From NCBI GenBank assembly GCA_024653575.1, contig JANLIJ010000068.1:1-43950 (forward strand): a stretch of DNA of 43,950 nucleotides. Reading direction: 5' to 3'. The position numbers and the translations under genes were made by a program. Source of the stretch: Candidatus Kaiserbacteria bacterium. Lineage in GTDB: Bacteria > Patescibacteriota > Minisyncoccia > Phycocordibacterales > UBA918. Of this stretch, positions 8,488 through 14,614 are shown one piece after another; the first letter of the stretch is position 1, and each line of letters opens with the position of its first letter. The notes under the pieces are model-generated. The model made no database searches. It was not told the origin of the DNA and was given only the letters and a program-made list of their open reading frames with translations.

Positions 8488-9000
8488 ATGAAATATATTT
8501 TAATTGCACTGATTGCTATTATTGGAGGAATTATTTGGTTAAACACATTACCAGGTGCTGAGGCTCCCGTACCTGTCGCTACAGAAACCCCAGTACGCAC
8601 AGAACCCGTTACAACCCCAACAGCAGAGGATTCCCCGACAGACTCTCAAGAAATCCCAACAGGAAATGATGTTGGCATGGAGTACCCTGAAACTGATATG
8701 AGTGTACCGACCCCATCTGCAACTGATGCAAAAGTATACGAAATTTCAGGAAAGAATTTCGAGTTTGATATTAAAGAAATTCGCATAAAGAAAAATGAAA
8801 CTGTGGTCATTAAATTCACCAGCACGGACGGATTCCATGATTTTGTCATTGATGAGTTCGATGCACAAACAGAAAGAATCAGGACTGGTGACACAACTTC
8901 AGTTACTTTTGTCGCCGACAAAGCAGGAACCTTCGAATACTACTGTTCCGTCGGCTCTCATCGTGTAAGCGGAATGACCGGAAAGATTGTTGTTGAGTAG
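8488..9000 (+). CDS. cupredoxin (plastocyanin/azurin-like) copper-binding protein, membrane-anchored
   Basis: Type-1 Cu ligand pattern: H (GFHDF) ... C-x4-H-x4-M (YYCSVGSHRVSGM). N-terminal TM segment. Start at MKYIL. Confidence 0.75.
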   Translation: MKYILIALIAIIGGIIWLNTLPGAEAPVPVATETPVRTEPVTTPTAEDSPTDSQEIPTGNDVGMEYPETDMSVPTPSATDAKVYEISGKNFEFDIKEIRIKKNETVVIKFTSTDGFHDFVIDEFDAQTERIRTGDTTSVTFVADKAGTFEYYCSVGSHRVSGMTGKIVVE

Positions 9001-9006
9001 AGCAAC

Positions 9007-9055
9007 CAGAAACAAACACCCTCGAACGCTTCACGTTCGAGGGTGTTTGTTTCTG
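9007..9055. terminator. 22-bp perfect hairpin terminator
   Basis: CAGAAACAAACACCCTCGAACGcttcaCGTTCGAGGGTGTTTGTTTCTG. Confidence 0.75.
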
Positions 9056-9098
9056 CATCCATGGCAAAATACAAATTTCCCTGTAGAATATAAACATT

Positions 9099-9866
9099 AT
9101 GTTTGAAAAATTTCTTGAAGAAATAGGCCTTTCTGAAAAAGAGGCAAAAATATATCTCGCACTTCTTCAGGTTGATAGCGATTCAATCCATGACATCGCC
9201 ACCAAAACAAAAATCAATCGCACGACAGTGTATCCTGTTCTTGAGTCTCTAGGAAAAAAAGGTCTCGTGAGTGAAACTCAAGATGGCAAAAAAACGCTTT
9301 ACCAAGCAGCCGCTCCAGAACGGCTTGAAACCTATATGGAGCGGCAGAAAGTAGTGCTTCAAGAACAATCTGCCCGTCTTAAAGACATAATCCCGCAAAT
9401 CAAAAGTATCCAAAGAGAACAAGGTGAAAGACCAATAATAAAATACTTTGATGGTCGTGACGGAGCCATTTCAGCATATGAAGAGTTTTATAGCTTTGAT
9501 CCAAAGAAAAATGAAACTGGTTACTTTATATATAACAGAGATCTTGTGAGCGAAACATTCACTGAGGAAGAGAGAAAGAAATTTTTAACAATTCGCTATA
9601 CCAAAACGGTAATTCCCAACTCAATATACACAAACAAAGATGGTAAAATGGAATTTACTACACCTGGTATACGGACTAGAATTGACAGTGGCGAAAAATA
9701 TCCAATTTTAGCTGATATTACTATTATTGAAGATAGGATTATTGCGGTAACACTCGGAAACGTCATATCATCTGTTCTAATCAAAAGCAAAGACCTCGCA
9801 GTAACGCTAAGCTCTCTTGTGCGCTATATTAACGATACATCAAAAAATGAAAAGGGCGGGAAGTAA
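9099..9866 (+). CDS. TrmB-family transcriptional regulator (paralogue of 145..930)
   Basis: GLSEKEAKIYLALLQVDSDSIHDIATKTKINRTTVYPVLESLGKKGLV, with a C-terminal domain collinear with the first copy. Confidence 0.8.
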   Translation: MFEKFLEEIGLSEKEAKIYLALLQVDSDSIHDIATKTKINRTTVYPVLESLGKKGLVSETQDGKKTLYQAAAPERLETYMERQKVVLQEQSARLKDIIPQIKSIQREQGERPIIKYFDGRDGAISAYEEFYSFDPKKNETGYFIYNRDLVSETFTEEERKKFLTIRYTKTVIPNSIYTNKDGKMEFTTPGIRTRIDSGEKYPILADITIIEDRIIAVTLGNVISSVLIKSKDLAVTLSSLVRYINDTSKNEKGGK

Positions 9867-9888
9867 TCAAACTTCCCGCCCCTGTTTT
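9854..9888. terminator. bidirectional terminator overlapping the stop codon of 9099..9866
   Basis: GGGCGGGAAGTaatcaaACTTCCCGCCC, with T-runs on both strands (ctgtttt on plus; ttttcatttttt on minus). Confidence 0.75.
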
Positions 9889-10137
9889 GCCATGTTTCAC
9901 ATAAACGTTTTGTTATGCGTCAATGCTGAAACTACACAAGTCGCGTTCGCGCGAACTGATGAACCACTAGGAATCACCCACGATTTTCACTCCTTACTTA
10001 AGAACAAATGCGCATGATGCGCCCTTCACTCACTCTAATTTAAACTCCACAGGGTCGTTTTAGTCCTTCTTTTCCAAGCAAAGCTTGGAAAAGAAGGGTT
10101 AGAAGTCGCCCATGACGTTCTCCTTAAAGATGAACTT
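9889..10137 (-). ncRNA. candidate leftward non-coding transcript of about 250 nt with two 4-codon mini-ORFs
   Basis: Bounded by the minus-strand promoter at 10144..10171 and the terminator at 9854..9888. The only reading frames with a strong SD are the mini-ORFs: AAGGAG-n6-ATGGGCGACTTCTAA (10099..10113) and AAGGAG-n8-GTGGGTGATTCCTAG (9967..9981). Confidence 0.45.
10065..10097. repeat. 15-bp perfect hairpin (CCTTCTTTTCCAAGC aaa GCTTGGAAAAGAAGG)
   Basis: Read directly from the sequence. On the minus strand it starts 1 nt after the stop codon of mini-ORF 1. Confidence 0.8.
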
Positions 10138-10143
10138 ATTGCT

Positions 10144-10171
10144 AGTATATCAGGTTCTTTTATTGTGTCAA
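10144..10171 (-). promoter_or_regulatory. near-consensus sigma70 promoter (leftward)
   Basis: Minus strand reads aatattgcTTGACA, 16 nt, TATACT. Confidence 0.6.
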
Positions 10172-10306
10172 GCAATATTAACTACATATGTCAACTTTGT
10201 GAACGAATTAATGTTATTTTGTTAGTATAAATAGTCTATTTTAATAGGCTATTTTCTTTATTTATCAACGTTTTTGTGAATAATTGACTTTTCTTGTCAA
10301 TATTGC

Positions 10307-10334
10307 TTGACAAGATTTTAAATAGGAGTATAAT
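10307..10334 (+). promoter_or_regulatory. consensus sigma70 promoter (rightward)
   Basis: aatattgcTTGACA, 16 nt, TATAAT. An 8-bp inverted repeat (CTTGTCAA/TTGACAAG) overlaps the -35 element. Confidence 0.65.
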
Positions 10335-10340
10335 ACCCGT

Positions 10341-11109
10341 GTCAGGTTAGAAAAACATTTGGTTGCCACCGTAAGGGCACAAGACCAAATATTCACTGGC
10401 TATAAATTAAGTTTTCTAAGATGTATCGGTTGCCGAGCATATCGACAGCCGAATACATCCCAGAAAATGAGTTCTTTGAAAAAATGCGGACTTTCCGCAG
10501 CTGCGCCTCGGGTACTGGGGTAGGGGACTGTTATGCTCGTACAGAAAAATGGCCGTTGGTACTACTACTCCTGGACAACTGGGTATGTGGCTATCAAGCC
10601 TCCACGTAAGTGAGGCGGTGCAGTAGACGTTGGAGGTGTGTTACGTAGCAACAGAACCCTCCCGTTTGTCCCCGTTCGTTATATGGAGAGTCCAAGGGAA
10701 GCAGAACCCTCCGGTATAGACTCCGAGACAAAAGTCACAAAATGGTGAGTGAGTGCATTCCGCACGCTCACCACCTTTATCAGGTTCATCACTCAGTGGT
10801 GAGTCTGTAGAGATTTGTTCTTTGCAAGATGAAGATACGCCCACAGTACTGTGTTTGCATATATCACTATGTCATCACAGTACTGTGGGTGTTTGGAGAG
10901 AACGCACATAGGTAACCCGTATCGGACGGTCGCTTTGCCAAGAGCGAATGCCGATTAATGCGGTGGTGACATGGTCACGGTTGGACGGCTGGTTTGTCTA
11001 ACCAAACTACCTTCGCGAGGGTAGTGGGCATCAAAGTATCGATGCAGTCCCTTTGGCGGGGACATCTCTCTGGGGAAAGGTGGTAATTCCGCCCCTTTCC
11101 CCTTCTGTC
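10341..11109 (+). ncRNA. candidate large structured non-coding RNA or processed leader (about 770 nt), 3' end defined by hammerhead cleavage
   Basis: Lies downstream of the consensus promoter. No convincing ORF. Many perfect helices, for example 10840-10853/10876-10889 (14 bp) and 11072-11080/11094-11102 (9 bp). Family not recognised. Confidence 0.5.
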
Positions 11110-11157
11110 CACGAGTGTGTACTCGTGCTGATGAGCTCGAAAGAGCGAAACAGATGG
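11101..11157 (+). ncRNA. hammerhead ribozyme, type III topology
   Basis: CCUUCUG-UC|CACGAGUguguACUCGUG-CUGAUGA-GCUCgaaaGAGC-GAAA-CAGAUGG. All invariant core nucleotides are present, all three helices are correctly placed, and there is a GUC cleavage triplet. Confidence 0.9.
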
Positions 11158-11177
11158 TCTTTGAATATTTTTCTTGG

Positions 11178-11220
11178 TTGGTGGAATCAGTTTGTACACA
11201 GTACTGATTGATTCCACCAA
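11178..11220 (+). promoter_or_regulatory. strong hairpin immediately 5' of the RBS of 11234..11596
   Basis: TTGGTGGAATCAGT (11178-11191) pairs with 11207-11220 (about 14 bp including one G-U). SD GAGGAG at 11222. Confidence 0.6.
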
Positions 11221-11233
11221 CGAGGAGAAAAAA

Positions 11234-11596
11234 ATGAAAAACTGGCTCAAAGGTTTTGGTATCGGGTTACTCATGATTATTGTTGCGTTCGTGACTGCTT
11301 TTGTCGCGGACCTCACGGTAATCGTGCAGACTGGGGACCAGGTACCGCTGTATCATCTTTTCGTGATACTTCTGGTAACTTGGTTTTGCGAAGTGATTGT
11401 CCTCATTCCGTACGGATCAATACCACGCAAAGTCACATGGGATGCCTTTTTGGCACGAAGTGTATTTGTGTGGTTGCCTGTCGGTGCGGGATGGTACCTC
11501 GCTCACAACGTGTCGGCCTCTGCATTTTTGGTGGGACTCATAATCTCGTCAACTTGTGTGGGGTACAACATCGTGGTGACCAACGTCGAGAGATAG
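11234..11596 (+). CDS. small integral membrane protein (about 4 TM), unknown function
   Basis: SD gaggag 6 nt upstream of the ATG. 120 aa with four hydrophobic spans. ORF track 11174..11596. Confidence 0.6.
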   Translation: MKNWLKGFGIGLLMIIVAFVTAFVADLTVIVQTGDQVPLYHLFVILLVTWFCEVIVLIPYGSIPRKVTWDAFLARSVFVWLPVGAGWYLAHNVSASAFLVGLIISSTCVGYNIVVTNVER

Positions 11597-11678
11597 TAGT
11601 TCGACGATAAACCTCTCCGCGATTCTCTTCCGCGTGTAGATGAGAAAGGTTTTGTGATACACCTTAAAAAGGCCACAT

Positions 11679-11699
11679 GGAGAAAACATCGTTTTCTCC
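11679..11699 (+). terminator. hairpin of inter-cassette module A (terminator-like)
   Basis: GGAGAAAACatcGTTTTCTCC, followed by tcttcatacacttttt. Confidence 0.5.
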
Positions 11700-11803
11700 T
11701 CTTCATACACTTTTTGGAGTTTCGGAGATTGTTAGAGATTACGTTCTTTGAATACCGCGAATTCCTTCGCACCGCGCCTCGGGTACTGGGGTAGGAGACC
11801 GTC

Positions 11804-12064
11804 ATGGCTGAGAAACAAGTCTGCGCTGTGTGCCGTACCACTGGGAAGCTTGGTGCTGAGTGGACTGCGCAAATCGGCGATGACCGACTCCGCGTCCACA
11901 AGCCCTGTGGCCAGCGCCTCGCAGAGACCGCGCCCGTGGGAGTTGTCGTCAAACTCTCCCCCAGTCCGGAGCTTCGCGAAAGCTGGAAACAGCAATCCCG
12001 CGAACGCCAAGTGCGCGACTTCTGGAAAGGGAAGTTTGCGTCGGCAGGAGCTCGCGCGCCGTGA
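11804..12064 (+). CDS. small hypothetical protein with CxxC...HxxC motif (zinc-ribbon-like?)
   Basis: SD AGGAG 7 nt upstream. MAEKQVCAVCRTTG...W...HKPC. GC-rich. Confidence 0.5.
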   Translation: MAEKQVCAVCRTTGKLGAEWTAQIGDDRLRVHKPCGQRLAETAPVGVVVKLSPSPELRESWKQQSRERQVRDFWKGKFASAGARAP

Positions 12065-12077
12065 GGCGCGCGGTTCA

Positions 12078-12097
12078 GGAGAAACACCCGTTTCTCC
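12078..12097 (+). terminator. hairpin of inter-cassette module B (paralogue of 11679..11699)
   Basis: GGAGAAACacccGTTTCTCC, followed by actttatacagttt. Confidence 0.45.
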
Positions 12098-12168
12098 ACT
12101 TTATACAGTTTCTAAATAGTTTGGAGATTGTTAGAGAACTGTTCTTTCATCACACAAAGGAGACTCAT

Positions 12169-12450
12169 ATGCACACGACACAGATTGAGCTTTTCATCGG
12201 GTACGAGAAAGTGCCGACGGCACTTCAGGACGGTGACGTTCTTGTCGTGACCGAGCGCCATGGGACCGTCGGTTTCGTCCGAAATGGTACCCCCCTCAAA
12301 CGGAAAGAGGGGGACGACAAGTTCATCGCATGTGGCGCCTGCGTCACACAAGCTCTGATGTTCTTCGGCATCAGTACCGAGCTCGTGTCCGATGTGGACG
12401 GTGTCAAACTTTACCAGCTCCATATGCGGAGCGAAGAGACCCCATCGTGA
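12169..12450 (+). CDS. small hypothetical protein (93 aa)
   Basis: SD AAAGGAG 7 nt upstream of the ATG at 12169. ORF track 12061..12450. No family recognised. Confidence 0.5.
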   Translation: MHTTQIELFIGYEKVPTALQDGDVLVVTERHGTVGFVRNGTPLKRKEGDDKFIACGACVTQALMFFGISTELVSDVDGVKLYQLHMRSEETPS

Positions 12451-12464
12451 TGGGACAGCCTCTC

Positions 12465-12492
12465 GCGCGTGACCAACGGTCGCGCGCTTTTT
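12465..12492 (+). terminator. intrinsic terminator closing the cassette
   Basis: GCGCGTGACCaacGGTCGCGCGC plus TTTTT. Confidence 0.75.
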
Positions 12493-12567
12493 CTTGGAAG
12501 TATTCTGTACTGAACCCAAGTCAAACCATCTTAGTAAAGCATTGGTGCATTGTGCTACTATATTTTT

Positions 12568-12981
12568 ATGGAAATACGGAATTGTTTTTATCGCATTAGC
12601 ATCAAAGCGCTCGTGCTCAACGAAAATCGAGATAAGTTTTTAATTGTGAAAGAGGATGATGGTCGTTGGGAACTTCCCGGTGGTGGTCTCGATTGGGGTT
12701 CGACTCCACATGAGGACCTTCCGCGAGAAATTAGTGAGGAAATGGGAGTGAATGTGACGTGGATAGCAGACCGCCCTTCATATTTTTTAACATGCCAAAA
12801 TAGCAATCATGAAATTTGGATTGCAAATGTTCTCTATGAGACAAAGCTTGAAAGTCTTGATTTTACTGCATCGAGTGAATGTACTGAAGTACGTTTTGTG
12901 AATGTAGAAGAACTCAAAGAACTTAATACGTTTCCAAACCTTAAGATATTTGGAGAGATGTTTGACCCTAAGAATCACTAG
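12568..12981 (+). CDS. NUDIX hydrolase
   Basis: Nudix box: GGGLDWGSTPHEDLPREISEEMGV. Start at the first ATG (MEIRN). Confidence 0.85.
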   Translation: MEIRNCFYRISIKALVLNENRDKFLIVKEDDGRWELPGGGLDWGSTPHEDLPREISEEMGVNVTWIADRPSYFLTCQNSNHEIWIANVLYETKLESLDFTASSECTEVRFVNVEELKELNTFPNLKIFGEMFDPKNH

Positions 12982-13024
12982 AATCTATCGAGTCTCTCTG
13001 AACACAGTATTTTAATAAAAAACA

Positions 13025-13057
13025 AGCCCGGGGTGCGTGAGCACCTCGGGCTTTTTT
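13025..13057. terminator. bidirectional terminator between the NUDIX gene and thrC
   Basis: AGCCCGGGGTG..CACCTCGGGCT plus TTTTTT. Confidence 0.7.
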
Positions 13058-13084
13058 GAAACTGGGCATTGCGCCCAGAGTTGG

Positions 13085-14518
13085 TCAAACGTTGTCCGCG
13101 ATGAAGGACTTCACTTCGGCGGAACTTGCGGGGATGATTACGACGCGCTGAGGCAAATCCTCAATTCCGATGAAGTCAGCGTGACTGGCAGGGTAGGAAC
13201 CAGTTGCTTCACGAATTGTTTCCTCGAACTTCATGGCCTGCGCCGTCTCGAGAACGATGACATTGTCCCCAGGCCGACGAAGGCGACGAGCGACCGTAAG
13301 CGCATCGGCGGTATGGGTATCGATCATAAGACGATAATTTTTCCACACCGAGCGAATCGTTGCGAGACGGTCGGCATGGGTACTCACGCCGGAGACAAAG
13401 CCAAAGTCCTTGATTCTGGTACATGCCCACCACGTGGTACCGCTAAGATCGAACTGACCCTTGTCCTTGAGGATCTTCCACAACTCGCTTACCACAGATG
13501 GGTCGCCATCAATGAAATCGTGGACGAACCGCTCGAAGTTGGATGCCTTCGAGATATCCATCGACGGGCTTGAGGTAACGTGCGTCTCGGAGTTTTTCCG
13601 CGGGCGATACACGCCCGTACGAACAAACTCGTCGAGCACATCGTTCTCGTTCGTGGAGAGAATGAGTCTGTCAATTGGCAAACCCATCATGCGCGCAATA
13701 TGCCCTGCGCAGATGTTGCCGAAGTTGCCCGTGGGAACGGCAAAGTCGACGACCTCGTCATTGTTCTTCGTCGCGGAGAAATACCCCTTGAAGTAGTAGA
13801 CAATTTGGGCGAGGACGCGTGCCCAGTTGATGGAGTTCACGGCACCAATCTTGTACTTCGCCTTGAACTCAGCATCATCCGAGACAGCCTTCACAATATC
13901 CTGCGCATCATCGAACATGCCGTGAACAGCGAGGTTGAAAATGTTCGGGTCCTGAAGGGAATACATCTGCGCACGTTGGAAGGGGCTCATCTTGCCCTCC
14001 GGTGAGAGCATGAACACCTTGATACCCTTCTTGCCGAGCATTGCGTACTCTGCTGCCGAGCCTGTGTCGCCCGACGTCGCGCCGAGAATATTCATCACCT
14101 CGCCACGCCGTCCAAGCTCGTACTCGAAGAGGTTACCCAAAAGTTGCAGGGCAATATCCTTGAAGGCGAGCGTCGGCCCATTCGAAAGCTCGAGAAGGTG
14201 AAGACCCGAATCGAGCGTGACGAGTGGCGTAATGTCCTCGGGGTTGTACCCGTCGCGACAATACTTGTAGACATCGGCCGTGTACGTCCTCTCGCAGATT
14301 GCCCGCAAATCCTTGTGCGGAATGTCAACGATGTAGAGCGAAAGAATTTCATACGCAAGTTCTGCGTACGACAACTCTCGCCAGTCATTGAGCATGTTTG
14401 CTGTCACGCGTGGGTACGACATCGGCAAGTAGAGACCTCCGTCCGGCGCCAACCCTCCGAGGAGGATGTCGCAAAACGATTCTGGCTTTCCACCGCCACG
14501 GGTTGAAAGGTACTTCAT
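13085..14518 (-). CDS. thrC: threonine synthase (PLP-dependent)
   Basis: MKYLSTRGG N-terminus. PLP-lysine motif GPTLAFKD. GATSGDTGSAA. Strong SD GAGGAGG before the ATG at 14518. Confidence 0.88.
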   Translation of the reverse strand: MKYLSTRGGGKPESFCDILLGGLAPDGGLYLPMSYPRVTANMLNDWRELSYAELAYEILSLYIVDIPHKDLRAICERTYTADVYKYCRDGYNPEDITPLVTLDSGLHLLELSNGPTLAFKDIALQLLGNLFEYELGRRGEVMNILGATSGDTGSAAEYAMLGKKGIKVFMLSPEGKMSPFQRAQMYSLQDPNIFNLAVHGMFDDAQDIVKAVSDDAEFKAKYKIGAVNSINWARVLAQIVYYFKGYFSATKNNDEVVDFAVPTGNFGNICAGHIARMMGLPIDRLILSTNENDVLDEFVRTGVYRPRKNSETHVTSSPSMDISKASNFERFVHDFIDGDPSVVSELWKILKDKGQFDLSGTTWWACTRIKDFGFVSGVSTHADRLATIRSVWKNYRLMIDTHTADALTVARRLRRPGDNVIVLETAQAMKFEETIREATGSYPASHADFIGIEDLPQRVVIIPASSAEVKSFIADNV

Positions 14519-14614
14519 GAGAATCCTCCTCAAAAAATTGTCGAAGACCATGGCCCAAAAAGAACCATGTAATCTGTGAGGAAGCGTACTATTACATACC
14601 AGCGAAGTCAAACG

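Noticed and set aside
9956-9962. Additional CUGAUGA boxes at 9956-9962 and 39843-39849 as possible second hammerheads
   Set aside because: Neither is followed by a stem II hairpin plus GAAA, and neither is preceded by a stem I or UH cleavage context. The second lies inside the virB4 coding sequence.
9817-10017. 66-aa plus-strand ORF after the TrmB gene
   Set aside because: It starts inside the TrmB gene, runs through the bidirectional terminator, and has no RBS. The region is better explained as the 3' part of the leftward non-coding transcript.
10652-10712. RNase P RNA-like motif (ACAGAACCC / GGAGAGUCCAAGGG)
   Set aside because: The two motifs are only about 20-50 nt apart and the GAGGAAAGUCC box is imperfect. 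The P4 geometry and the rest of the conserved RNase P core (P10-12, P15) are absent.
11204-11222. tRNA/tmRNA-like 3' end (..GAUUGAUUCCACCAA)
   Set aside because: There is no T-loop consensus (GTTCRANYC), no acceptor or D-arm partner sequences, and no tag reading frame. The segment is the 3' arm of the 11178-11220 hairpin.
10421-11316. ORFs 10421..10609 (+), 10641..10844 (-) and 10975..11316 (-) inside the non-coding locus
   Set aside because: None has a credible RBS. They cross multiple perfect helices and, in the last case, the hammerhead ribozyme. Their compositions are odd and they match no known families.
11503-12099. 198-aa minus-strand ORF across the small-gene cassette
   Set aside because: It is a shadow frame of the GC-rich plus-strand genes. 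The product is Arg/Ser-rich, there is no SD, and it crosses the duplicated hairpin modules and the end of the membrane-protein gene.
13037-14506. Several plus-strand ORFs (13037..13573, 13461..13796, 13580..14005, 14144..14506)
   Set aside because: All are antisense to the full-length, motif-complete thrC gene. They are typical GC-rich shadow ORFs.
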